Below, piece by piece: positions 16,298-27,700 of a DNA stretch of 64,000 nt. A program made the position numbers and the translations under genes. The notes below the pieces were generated by a model. That model worked only from the letters and a program-made list of their open reading frames with translations, was not told the origin of the DNA and did no database searches. Position 1 is the stretch's first letter; each line of letters starts with the position of its first letter. The stretch spans positions 2,368,001 to 2,432,000 of the forward strand of contig OZ253555.1 of NCBI GenBank assembly GCA_965262725.1, given 5' to 3'. This DNA is from Dehalococcoidia bacterium. Lineage in GTDB: Bacteria > Chloroflexota > Dehalococcoidia > UBA2979.

Positions 16298-17548
16298 CTA
16301 TCGTTCCCGTGGTATCAGGCAGGTCACGGTCGCGCCGCCCAGGGCGCCTCTCTGATCCACGACAAGACGCCCGCCGAGCCGCTCGGCGGCCCTGATCATG
16401 TTCGCGAAGCCGTTACCCCGCTCGGCGTAATCATCGGGCAGCCCGACACCGTCGTCCGACACAGACAGGCGACTACCCTCCTCGGAGAACTCCAGGTCGA
16501 TGGCGACAGTGCTCGCCTCCGCGTGGCGGTATGCATTGGTGAGCGCGTTGTGCGCTATCGAGAAGAGCAGGCTCTTGGCCTCTATCGAGAGCGGCGGCTC
16601 GGCGCCCGTGCGAGTCATCTCGGCGGGCACGGAGGTGACGTTCGCAAAGCTGGTCGCGTGCGACCTGAGAGCACTGCCCAACTCCCGGCCCTCGTAGATG
16701 CCACCCATGTTTATGGGCTGTCGCAGCTCCCATATGATCGAGCGGGCCAGCTGGGACGTCGCCTCAAGCGTGGCGGTGAGCTCCGGATTGGCGTTCCCGG
16801 CAAGTACCTTCGCCGAGTCCATGCCCAACCCGACCATGTACGCGGACTGGGCCGCGGTGTCGTGAATGGCATGGGACAGATCGACCCGCTCGCGCTGAAG
16901 CGCCCGCTCGCGCTCCATCGCCTGTCTCCACCTGATCCGCTCGAACCTCGTTGCGAGGTTGACCGTCGCAACGACCGTATACATGACGGCTATCCTGGCC
17001 AGCAACGCCTTCTCGTCCCCCGTCTCGATGGATATTCCATCCGCGACGGTGAGGCTGATTGCCACATAGACGAGGGACGCCATCGTCACCCAGGCCATGT
17101 TGAACCTGAAGGAAGTGAATAGCACCGCCATCCCGCTGAGCGCGGGATAGTAGAACAGGTGGAGAAAGTCGTGGTCGAAGCCGTTGCTTAACGCCGCCGC
17201 TGCCGAAAGTAGGACGACATCCAACGCGTAGAGACCGAGAAGCCAGTGCCATGTAATCGGCCTGTTCGACAACAGACGGTAGTGAAGGTACCCGTTGAAC
17301 CCGATCAACAGCCCGAGCAGCAGCACATAGGTGGTGTACCTGCCCACCCCGAAGCCGAGATAAGGGCGATACGCCAGTTCGAAGAGCAATACGGCGACGA
17401 TGAACCAGTGCCCTCTGGCCGACATCGTCGCGACGTACCGAAGTCCGTCAGGATCGATCTGGTCCAGCCTCCAGTCGGTTCGCCGCAAGGTGTCGGTGGC
17501 CCTGGTGGCGAGCTGCCGGATCCGGCTGTACTCAGGCGCGTGAGGCAT
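16298..17548 (-). CDS. Membrane sensor histidine kinase (HisKA_3-type)
   Basis: Several hydrophobic segments; H-box AIHDTAAQ, N-box ALTNAYRHA, G-box SDDGVG, GGATV. Confidence 0.9.
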   Translation of the reverse strand: MPHAPEYSRIRQLATRATDTLRRTDWRLDQIDPDGLRYVATMSARGHWFIVAVLLFELAYRPYLGFGVGRYTTYVLLLGLLIGFNGYLHYRLLSNRPITWHWLLGLYALDVVLLSAAAALSNGFDHDFLHLFYYPALSGMAVLFTSFRFNMAWVTMASLVYVAISLTVADGISIETGDEKALLARIAVMYTVVATVNLATRFERIRWRQAMERERALQRERVDLSHAIHDTAAQSAYMVGLGMDSAKVLAGNANPELTATLEATSQLARSIIWELRQPINMGGIYEGRELGSALRSHATSFANVTSVPAEMTRTGAEPPLSIEAKSLLFSIAHNALTNAYRHAEASTVAIDLEFSEEGSRLSVSDDGVGLPDDYAERGNGFANMIRAAERLGGRLVVDQRGALGGATVTCLIPRER

Positions 17549-17820
17549 CTCGTCTCCCGAGCGCCCGTGCGTCTATGAAGCGCTCCACTGGTGACAGGCG
17601 GGCGTTCCCGGCGCGTCTTCGTCAATCTAGCCAGTAGGGGCCGTGTATAGAAGGAGCAAATGTATATTGCGGACATAGCGATAGTACCTGTGGCGGAGTT
17701 GTGCCCCGGGGATGGCGTGCATCGTGGACAAGCGCCCGTATCACTTGTGGAAATGTTTGTGTTGTCTCTTAGCAGGGCCAGAGCCCCCTGGCAGAACAGG
17801 GCACTCTGTTTCCCCCGCAC

Positions 17821-17857
17821 GCGCAGGCGATAGACCCCGTGCGCAGGCGATAGACCC
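17821..17857. repeat. 17-bp direct repeat GCGCAGGCGATAGACCC with 20-bp period
   Basis: Exact copies at 17821-17837 and 17841-17857, upstream of the kinase. Confidence 0.8.
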
Positions 17858-18135
17858 GCTGTGCCGCGTCTCATCGTCGGCGAGGACGGGCACTCCTCGC
17901 CGGTGCTCGATGTCGACCGGCGCCGGCGGACGATGTCCGGCGCCTGCTCTTCTCGGCCACGCACACGGATGCGCCGTGCCCGCGCGCGGATCGCGAACGT
18001 CCCGTCGACCACCGTCACATCGACGGCACTGGGCGCGGACGCGCACACGGAGGATGGACGTCACCACGACACCGCCGAGTGGTGGCTCCACCCCCGGCTC
18101 CGATGGCGGACTGGGCCAGGGCCAAGGGCAAGCAA

Positions 18136-18171
18136 GTACAAATGTACCAGGCTAAGAAGGTACAAAAGGAC
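18136..18171. promoter_or_regulatory. Two tandem GTAC-N4-G(T/G)AC boxes, putative operator
   Basis: GTACAAATGTAC (18136-18147) and GTACAAAAGGAC (18160-18171) in an AT-rich patch between divergent kinase and MarR genes. Confidence 0.4.
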
Positions 18172-18320
18172 CTCGCCTCCACTCCGTCCAGGCAGTAGCC
18201 TCCAGATGTGTCGGTACATCGCCTGCGGCCATCTGTGTTTCCTTGGGGGCCGGGTGCGGGAGACGGCGCCGTGACTTGCTGCGACGGGAGTCGCCGCCCG
18301 AACGGCGTTCGACCTGTTGA

Positions 18321-18845
18321 ATGGTGAGTCCGGAACGCGGCATGGACACGGGAAACGGTGAGCAGGCGTTGCACGACGAGCACAGGCGAGACCTGGTCGA
18401 CCGCTTCTTGCGAGCCGCCGAGCTCCTGAACCGCCAGCTACACGCCGACCGCCTGGATGAGTGGCAACGGTCGGACCTGAGCGTGCCTCAACTACGAACG
18501 CTCCTCCTGTTGCAGCGGACTGGGCCGTTGCGGATGGGCGGTATCGCGCGCCAACTCGGGAGGGCACTGTCCGCGACGACAACGGTGGTGGATCGACTGG
18601 TGGAGCAGGGACTCGTTGGCCGCGGCTCGGATCCGCACGATCGGAGGGTCGTGGTCTGCCAGCTGACCGACCGCGGACAGGAGACGATCGAGCGCTTCTG
18701 GAGCATCGGCCCGGAGCGCGTCCGGCCACTTGTGGATAGCCTCGGCCTCGAAGAGCTGGAGAAGGCGGTGGCGGGGCTCGAGATCATCAGCCGGGTGGAA
18801 CCCGATAGCCAGGCCGTGGCGTCGCCCGACGGACCGTCCGACTAG
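18321..18845 (+). CDS. MarR-family transcriptional regulator
   Basis: LSVPQLRTLLLL, TTVVDRLVEQGLV, DPHDRRVVVCQLTDRG. Confidence 0.9.
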   Translation: MVSPERGMDTGNGEQALHDEHRRDLVDRFLRAAELLNRQLHADRLDEWQRSDLSVPQLRTLLLLQRTGPLRMGGIARQLGRALSATTTVVDRLVEQGLVGRGSDPHDRRVVVCQLTDRGQETIERFWSIGPERVRPLVDSLGLEELEKAVAGLEIISRVEPDSQAVASPDGPSD

Positions 18846-19205
18846 ACCGGCAGGACTGCCGCATCCTGGGCGAGCCCGGGGCGGTCGCGGCCCGAGCCAG
18901 CACGAGGTTCGCTCACCAGCGAACCACCCCTGCCACACGATGTGTGACACCCGCCGCGCGGGGCGAGTGTGCCGTCGGGGCGATGCAGGAGGGCCGGGAT
19001 GTCTCCCATGGCCGCCGGCGCCGCGCGGTCGCAGCCGCCCGAAACGGCAGCCAGCCCGGGGAGCGCCCGCGACCGCCGGCACGCTTCCGACCGGGATCGT
19101 CCGGCCGGCTGGCGGGCACGGAGAGGCGTGCCGCCGGCGAAGTCGCTCGACTGCGAGACGCTGCGGCACGCGTGAGCTCGAGCCATTCGATGCGCGGCGG
19201 GTGTG

Positions 19206-19862
19206 TCAGCTCCCCGACGCCGGCTCGTCGAGCAGGCCGTTCCGTACGGCCCAGACGACGAGTTCCTGCTTCGTCCCCGCTTCCAGCTTGTCCTGGATGC
19301 GGTAGAGGGCGTTCCGGATGGTCACCGGACTATTCCCTCGGAGTTCGGCAATCTGGCCGTACGACTTTCCGCTGGCGAACAGCTTGAGTATCTCGCGCTC
19401 CCGCGTGTTGAGCGCCGCCGAGGAGGCGTCACCGCGGATGGTCCCGAAGACACGTTTGACGGTGTCTGCCGGCAACCGCAGCCCGCCGGCGGCAACCTCC
19501 CGCAGGGCATCGAGCAGGTCGTCCCTCCCGGAGTACTTCTGCAGATAGCCTGTCGCGCCGGCCGCCACGGCCTCGATCACCGCGTCCTCGTCCGTCGAGG
19601 CCGTCAGCATCAGTATCCGGGTATCGGGGAGCAGAGCCATGATTTCGCGGCAGGCCTCGACGCCGCCCTTCCCCGGCATGATCACGTCCATGATGATCAC
19701 ATCCGGCGCCAGACCCTCTGCCGTGCGCACCGCTTCGACGCCGTTGCCGGCCTCCCCCACCACCTCGAATTCGCCCGAGTGCTCGAGCACCACCCGAAGA
19801 CCGTCCCGGACGATGGGATGGTCGTCGACGAGCATGACCCTGACCTTCTCGGTCGAGGACAT
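19206..19862 (-). CDS. NarL/LuxR-family response regulator (paralogue of 13955-16281)
   Basis: VMLVDDH, IIMDVIMP, GATGYLQK, LNTREREIL. Confidence 0.93.
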   Translation of the reverse strand: MSSTEKVRVMLVDDHPIVRDGLRVVLEHSGEFEVVGEAGNGVEAVRTAEGLAPDVIIMDVIMPGKGGVEACREIMALLPDTRILMLTASTDEDAVIEAVAAGATGYLQKYSGRDDLLDALREVAAGGLRLPADTVKRVFGTIRGDASSAALNTREREILKLFASGKSYGQIAELRGNSPVTIRNALYRIQDKLEAGTKQELVVWAVRNGLLDEPASGS

Positions 19863-19874
19863 CTCCGGTTCCCC

Positions 19875-21068
19875 TCAGCCCGTGCTCCGATACGGGACGA
19901 CGCAGGTCACGGTCGTGCCGCCCTCCCGTCGACCGGTCGCCACGATGAGCTTACCGCCCATGGCTTCGGCATCCCCCTGCATGCTCCGGAATCCGTTCCC
20001 CCGCTCCGCGTAGCCGTCGGGGAGGCCGACCCCGTCATCCGAGATGGACAACTCGACGCGTTCGGCCGTGAAGTGCAGCCTGAGGTCGACCCTGCTGGCA
20101 CGGGCATGCCGGAACGCGTTCGTGAGCGCGTTGTGCGCGATGGCGAAGAGCTGGGTACGAGTCTCCGTCGTGAGCGGAGGCTCGGTGCCCGACTGCGCCA
20201 TCTCGGCCGGAACCGACGTGATCGTCGTGAAGATGGCCGCATGGGACCTCAGCACCTGCCCCAGCTCCCGGCCGCCCATGATATGACCGATATGGATCGG
20301 TCCTCTCAAGTCCCACATCACCGATTTCGACAGGTCGGACGTCGCCGCCAGTGTTGCGGCGAGCTTCTCGTTCGATCCGTTGGCCAGTTCCATCGCGGTG
20401 TCGATACCGAGGCCGATCATGTAGGCGGTCTGCGCGGTCGTGTCATGGATGGTCTGGGACAGCTCGACGCGCTCGCGCTGCAGGGCCCGCTGCACCGCCT
20501 CCCGCCTCAGGAGGCGTTCGAACCGCGCGATCATGCGGATGGATGCAACGACGGTGTACGCCACAACGATTCGCCAGAACAGGTCCTTCTCGTCACGGGC
20601 GGCTACATCGAGGCCGGAGCCCACGGTGAGGCACACGCCCGTGTAGACAGCGGCGACGAACGTCACCCAGACGAAGGCGACGGTCGAGGATCCGATCAAC
20701 GCGATCGTGCCGAGTGCCGGGTAGTAGGCCAGGAATATGAACGAGACGAATCCGCCGTGCGCGACGACGGCGGCCGTGATCATGACGATGTCGACCGCGC
20801 TGATGCCCAGGAGCTGGTGTCGCGTGACGGGACGATTCGTGATCAACCTCTGGTGCAACGCGCCGTTGAGCGCCCCGAACGCAAGGAGCAGCGCAGCGAG
20901 GACCGCGTACATGGGCGGGGTCCGATAGACGATCTCGACGACCGCGGCGGCACACACGAACCAGCGAACCCAGACCGACATCGCCGCGAGGTGTCGCACC
21001 TCATCCGGATCCGGTCCGTGAGTTCGTCGGATGAGCCAGCGAACCGCGTCGGCCTGCACCACGCCCAC
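19875..21068 (-). CDS. Membrane sensor histidine kinase (paralogue of 16298-17548)
   Basis: TIHDTTAQ, ALTNAFRHA, SDDGVG; same TM layout as the first kinase. Confidence 0.9.
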   Translation of the reverse strand: MGVVQADAVRWLIRRTHGPDPDEVRHLAAMSVWVRWFVCAAAVVEIVYRTPPMYAVLAALLLAFGALNGALHQRLITNRPVTRHQLLGISAVDIVMITAAVVAHGGFVSFIFLAYYPALGTIALIGSSTVAFVWVTFVAAVYTGVCLTVGSGLDVAARDEKDLFWRIVVAYTVVASIRMIARFERLLRREAVQRALQRERVELSQTIHDTTAQTAYMIGLGIDTAMELANGSNEKLAATLAATSDLSKSVMWDLRGPIHIGHIMGGRELGQVLRSHAAIFTTITSVPAEMAQSGTEPPLTTETRTQLFAIAHNALTNAFRHARASRVDLRLHFTAERVELSISDDGVGLPDGYAERGNGFRSMQGDAEAMGGKLIVATGRREGGTTVTCVVPYRSTG

Positions 21069-21496
21069 TCCCCCTACCGTCGCGCCACGGCCTCAGAAGC
21101 CTCTGAGACCGGGAAGCGGGGCAGCGTCGGCATGGCTCGCTACCGCCTGTCGCGGGCGACCGCCCGGGTGGTGTTGCCACCGGCGCTGATCGGTGCGCGA
21201 GTCACTGATGGGGACATGCGGCCTGATCGCTGACTCGTCGGGTGGATGGCGGCACGGTAGCGTCCCGGGAAGTGGTGTCACAAGCAGGGAGACGGTCTCT
21301 CCAGGGGGCACCTGCGACCCGTCACAGTCCCCATGCAGGTGGAAGCGAGCGACCACCGCGCCATCCGCACGAAGGTCGACGTCACGCCGTCCAGTTCCAC
21401 CCGCCCGCCGAATCCAACAATCCGTCCATGGCAGATTGGATACGAGCGCGACGACCCCGACGGGTTCTCCGCCGCGTCGCCGCGTCGTGGCGGGCT

Positions 21497-21535
21497 ACAG
21501 CCCGTCGCTCTTGGCGATAGGCGGCGTGACGGCGC
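21497..21535 (-). pseudogene. Tip remnant of the shared C-terminal repeat
   Basis: Encodes AVTPPIAKSDGL* (compare ATPLIAKSD*). Confidence 0.55.
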
Positions 21536-21537
21536 GG

Positions 21538-21626
21538 TCAGGATCTGCGCGTCGATCGTGATGGTCGTGCCGTTCGGGAAGCCGGCGTCCCTGAGGTACT
21601 GCTTCGCGAGATCCGGGTCGTAGGCC
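21538..21626 (-). pseudogene. Short fragment of a family-5 ABC substrate-binding protein
   Basis: AYDPDLAKQYLRDAGFPNG matches the YDPxxAKxLLxxAG motif; no surrounding gene. Confidence 0.5.
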
Positions 21627-21720
21627 CTCAGGGTCAGCCGCGCGGAGGGAGAGCGCAGCACGCACTCCTCGTGGGCGGTCCGTCCTGGCGTCACTGGCTG
21701 GACCGCCTGCGGCGAGAGCG

Positions 21721-24700
21721 TCAGTCGCTCTTGGCGATCAGCGGCGTGGCCGGGGCGATGCCCTCGGGGAAGAGCTCGCGGAACGCCTCGTTCACGAACT
21801 CGGGTGCGCCGAGGATGTAGGGCACGTACTCGCCGTCGATCAGGGCGTAGACGGCGCTGACGTTGGTGCCCTGCGCGCAGCTGTCGAGGTCCTCGACGCT
21901 CCCGCCCTCGTAGAGCAGGAGGCTGAAGCCGCTGGCGATCTCGCCGCGCAGGCAGTCCGCCCCGAACTCCGGCACGGCGTCACTCGCTGGCGCCGGGCTG
22001 GGCGGCCCCTCGCTCTTGATGATGAGGGGTGTCGTGGCGGGGACGCCCCCTGCGAACAGCTCGCCGAAGGAGCTGTTCACGAAGTCGGGTGCACCGAAGA
22101 TGTAGGGCACGTAGCCGCCGTCGTTCAGGGTGTAGAGGGCCGTGGCGTGGCGGCTTTGCGCGCAGGCCACCAATTCCTCGACGCTGCCGCCCGCGTAGAC
22201 GAGGAGGCTGAAGCCGACGGAAACGGCGCCGCGCAGGCAGGCCGCCGTGGACGGCACGCCGGCCGCATCGCCGAAGCGCACGCGGTAGATCTTCGTGCGG
22301 CTCTCGTCCGCCGATGTCACGGTGATGGTGATCTCGGTGCCGCCGGCGACGGCGGCCTGGCGCCCGTCGGCCGCCTCGTCGCTGTCGGGGGGCTCGATGG
22401 CGACCGTCGCTGCGGGCTGGACCGCCTCCGCCTCGACCGTCGTCTCCGTCACGCCGTCTGCCGCGACGCCCTCGTACTCGGTCTGGTTGCTGGAGAACTC
22501 GCCGATGTCGACGCCGCCGAGGGTCAGCGAGGCGAGGCGAGCGTCGATGGGGTCGGGGATGTTGTAGCTGTAGACCTTGCCGTCGCTGGCGTCGGCGACG
22601 TACATCACGTCGCCGTCGGACCAGATACCTCGAGGGCTGTTGTTGCGGGCGCCGCTCAGCTCCTTGAAGTCCTCATCACTGACGCGCTCGAGTTCCTTGT
22701 TTTCCTCATTGGAGGCTTGCTCGTCGTCGGGCAGCGTGGGCAGCCGGTAGGCGATGAGCCGCTTAGCTCCGTCGTCGGAGACCCAGACGCCGACGCCATC
22801 CGACCAGATGCCGTGGGGGTCGCCGTTGGAGGCGTCGAGGGCGTACTCCGCGAGCAGGTCGCCGCTGCCGAGGTCGTAGGCGAAGAGGCTGTTCTTCCCA
22901 TCGTCCAACACCCACATCGTCTTGCCGTCGGACCAGATGCCGCGCGCGTCGCGGTTGCGTTCGGCGAGCACGAGGTCGCGCGCGCGGAGGCGGTCGCCAG
23001 TCGCGAGGTCGTGAGCGAAAAGGCGATTCTGGCCACTGTCGGAGACCCACACCGTCACGTCGTCCGACCAGAAGCCGCGGGGCGCGCGGTTGGCGGTGTC
23101 GAGGGCAAACTCGCGCTCCTCGACGCGCTCGCCGGTGGCGAGGTCGTAGACGTACACCGCATCGTCGGCGCCATCGCCGTTGTCGGCGATGTAGAGCATG
23201 TTGCCGTACGACCACATGCCCGTCGGCCGGTCGTTGCCGGGCTCGAGCGCCTCGATGTCGCGTGCAACGTTCCACTCGAAGTCGATGATGCTCGGAGCGG
23301 GCCCGGTGGGACCGCCACCGCCGCCGCCGCCCGTTCCGATCGCAGGTCGCGGCTTAATCGTGACGACCGCCTCGTCTGGACTGCCCCCGGTGACCCGATG
23401 CGGTAACGAGCCATTGAACGTGATCGTCACGATCTCACCGTCATCGTCGTCGGTGTCCTGGGTTGACGTGAATGTGAACGACTGCTCCGTCCCACCCGGT
23501 TCAAAGGTCAGCGTGAGCGGATCTGTGTCCGGGTCCATGGAGTAGTCATCTGCGGTGGCCCCGTCAGCCTCGGTCGTGAACTCCAGGGCGATCGTCACTT
23601 CCCGCTCTGGATCAGCGCTCAGGTTGATCTGGATTGCCTGGCTCATTCCCTCCGGGACCGTGTACTCCGCCTGTTCGAAGCCGACGGTCACCTCAGGATC
23701 GTCGTTATCGGTGATGCCGATGGTCGCTTCCGATGGTGAGCCTGCCGAGACCCTTGATGGCAGCGTGCCGAGCCCGATCGTCAAGCCCTCATCGTCGTCA
23801 TCGATGTCGTCGTCCTTGGCATTGATCGTGAAGGACTTCGAGCGTTGGTTCTCCGGGAATTCCACGCTCGTGGGCAATGGCTCGTCCACGTCGTCGGCGC
23901 TGTAGGTTCCGACGGGCGTAATCGTCAGCGGGACCGTGACGGCGCGCTCCGGCGCCTGGTCCAGGGTGACGGTCACGATCACCGATTCTCCTTCGGCGAC
24001 GGTCTCTGACGCAGCTTCGATCTTGACCATGACGTCCGGCACGTTGCCGTCAACGATTGCAACGGTCGTCGTCGACGGGTCACCCGTCGACGGATCAGGG
24101 GCGGTTACTCCATCCGGCAGCTCTCCGAACCGGATCTCAACGCTCTCGTCATCGTCGTCTTCCTCGTCCGCTGGCGCGGTCACGGTGAACATCGCCTCGG
24201 TCTGGTCGACGGCGAACGCGACGTTCGTCGGCACGCCGTCGTAGTCGCCATCCGAGATGCCGTTCATCGGCGTTTCGGTCAGTGGAATGGTCACCGTCCG
24301 CTCGGGCGCCGCGCTCAAGTGGACGGTCACCGACGCACTCCCGCCCTCGGGGACGATGTACGTGGCGGCGCCGAACTTCACCGTCACTTGCGGGTCGTCG
24401 TCGTCGGTGATGCTGATTTCCGTCGAGGGCACGTCGCCTGCCGAGACTCGGTCATCCGGCATCGTGCCGAAGCCTATCGTGACCTGGTCGTCGTCGTCGT
24501 CCTCGCTGTCATCGACGGTCATGAAGGTGATCGTCTCGGACCTCTTGTCGGTCGAGAGCGTCACGCTGGTGGGCACCCCGGTGTAGTCGGCGTCCGTGGC
24601 GCCGCCGTCGAACTTCGGCACCAGCTGGATGATCAGTTCCCGCTCGGGATCGACATCGAGCGAGACCGTGAGGTCCACCGCCGCACCCTCTGCCACGGTG

Positions 24701-27700
24701 TGCATGGCGTGCGAGAAGCTCACCTTGACGGACGGGTGGTCGTCGTCCGCGATTGCTACCGTGGTCTCGGCCGGACTGGCCTTGCTCACCCGAAGATCCG
24801 TGATCGTCCCAAACTCTATCTTGACGCTCTCGTCGTCATCATCGACGTCGTCGCCCGCTGCGGTGAGTTCAAACGTCTTCGATGTCTCGCCCGGACCAAA
24901 GGTCACGTCGTCCGGGATCGTGTAGTCGGCCGGGTCAGTGGGGTCGGGCGGGTCCGCCGGGTCAGTGGCGCCGTCCTGGCCGGACGCAGTCAACGGGACC
25001 TCGACCGTCCGCTCCGGGTCAGCGCTCAGCAACACCTTCACTGTGACCTTGTGCTCTTTCACGTCCGGGGTGTCTGGATCGTCGCTCTCGGCGACCGTGT
25101 ACGAGTCCTTTTCGAAGCTGACCATGACCATGGGAACGTCGTCGTCGGTGATATTGACGGTCGTCTCGGCGATGGTCCCCGCTGTGACGCCGGTAGGCAG
25201 CGTGTCGAAGCCGATGACCACGCTCTCGTCGTCATCGTCCACATCGTCCGAGTCCACGGTGAAGGCGAAGGTCTCTGAGGTCTGGCCGACGATGAAACTC
25301 ACGCTTGCCGGGAAGTCCGAGTAGTCGTCCCCGGTCGCGCCATCCTGGCCGCTCGAGGTCAGCGGAATGCTGACCATGCGCTCCGGGTCCTTGTTCAACG
25401 TCACGGTGATGGCGACAGTGGCGCCTTCGGCCGCTGTGTAGGTGGCAAGTTCGAAGTCGGCGACGACATCAACGATGTTATCGATGATGGTTACCGTCGC
25501 CTCGCTCGGGGTGCCGGCGGTCACGCCGGCCGGCAGCGAGGACCCGAAGCCGATCGTCACGCTCTCGCCGTCGTCACTGACGTTGTCGTTCGCCGCGGTG
25601 AACGTGATTCCCTTCGATGTGTCGGTAGCACTGAACGTGACGCTCTGGTCCACCAGGGTGTAGTCGGCAGCCGTGGCGCGGTCTGGAGTCGCGGTCAAGG
25701 GGATGGTGACCTGGCGCTGCGGCGCCGGGCTGACCAAGACCGTGACGGTGATGTCCCCGCCTTCGGGGGCGTCGTAGGTCGATGGGTCGAACTTGACCGT
25801 CACATTGGGGACATCGTCATCGGTGATGCTGACGACGGTCTCGGGTGTGTCGCCCGCGGTGATGCCCGTTGGCAAAGATGAACTGAATGCGATCTTGACG
25901 CTCTCACCCTCGTCGTCCGTGCTGTCGTGCTCTGCCGTGAACGTGAACGTCTTCTCCATGTCATTGGCTTCGAATGTGACGCTCATGGGGGTCGAGTAGT
26001 CGGTGCTGCCGGCGGTGTCGCTTGTGATCGTGAACGGAATCGTCACCTGGCGTTCGGGCGCAGCGCTCAGCTTCACCTTGACCGCGACCTCGTTCTCTTT
26101 CACCGGCGTGGTCGTATCGTCGCTCTCGGCGACCGTGTACGAGTCGCGTTCGAAGTTCACCTTGATGGACGGGAAGTCGTCGTCGGTGATGGAGACCGTG
26201 GCTACATTTGTGGTGCCCTCCGTCACGCCGTCGGGCAGGTTGTCAGTGTCGAAGCCGAGTGTGACGCTTTCGCCGTCGTCGTTGTCGGTATCGTGAGTGG
26301 CCTTGAACGTAATCGTCTTCTCGGTATCACCACTCGCGAAGGACACAGTCATCGGCACGCCCGAGTAGTCGCCGCTGCCGATGTTGGCCTCCGACCTGGA
26401 GATCGGGATCACCACCGTGCGCTCCGGAGCCGCGCTCAGCTTCACCTTGACCGCGACCTCGTTCTCTTTCACCGGCGTGGTCGTATCGTCGCTCTCGGCG
26501 ACCGTGTACGAGTCTTCTTCGAAGCTGACCGTCACCGCGGGAACGTCGTCGTCGGTGATCGAGACCGTTGACTGGCTGTAGGTTCCCAGCGAAACGCTGT
26601 CGGGCAGCGGGAGCGGCCCGAAGCCGAGCAGCAGCGACTCTCCATCGTCGTTTTCGGTGTCCTCCGTCGCAATGAAGCTGATGATCTTCTCGGTCTCACC
26701 ACTCGCGAAGGACACAGTCATCGGCACGCCCGAGTAGTCGCCGCTGCCGATGTTGGCCTCCGACCTGGAGATCGGGATCACCACCGTGCGCTCCGGGTCC
26801 GCGCTGAGCTTCACCTTGACATCGACGCTCTCACCCTCGTCGACAACGTACGTCGCATGTTCAAAGCTGACCATGACCGCGGGAACGTCAGTGTCGTCAA
26901 TGGTGACAATGGTAATGAAATGATCTCCCAAGCCGACTCTGTTCGGCAGTCCCAGGTCGGGCTCAAGCTCGACGAACTCACCGTCGTCGTTAAATGAGTC
27001 ATTGGCCGCGGTGAACCTGACGGTGGCCAGCGTTGCAGTCGCAGCGAACTCCACCACGACCGGGTCGACGGTATAGTCGTCGATTGTGGCAGTGGTCTCG
27101 GCGGTTGATTGCAGTGTGATCGTGATCAGGCGCTCTGGCGGGGCGGTCAATTCCATCATGAGATCTATATAATCGCCCTCAGACACCGAATACGTACCCT
27201 CTTTGAAGCCCACCTTGAGCACCGGATTGTCGTTATCCTCGATGCTGACCGTGGTGGTCGCGTACGTAGTGCCTGCCCCTACCCCCGCCGGCAGCGTTCC
27301 GAACTCGATCAATACCCACTCATCGTCGTCGTCCACATCGTCATTATTCGGAGTGAAGATGACCGTCTTCGCTGTTGCACCCGCCTCGAAGGTGACGCTG
27401 GTGTCGGACAAGCTGTAGTCCGCCACGGTTGCTCCGCCCTTACCGGTCGCCATGAGCGGGATGGTGACCGGGCTGCCCAGGGCCGGGCTCAGCGTGACGG
27501 TGACCGTGACCTCGGTCTCATTCAGCGGCGTGTTCGGGTTGTCTCTCTCTCCGCCCTCGTAAGTGGCGGCGCCGAAGTTCACCGTGGCAGCGACGTCGGC
27601 AATGCTCACTGCGGTCTCGAACGTGGTGCCGACCGCATAGCCGGGTGGCAACGCGCCGAGTTCGATCTTCACGCTTTCGCCGGTATCTCTCACCGAGTCC

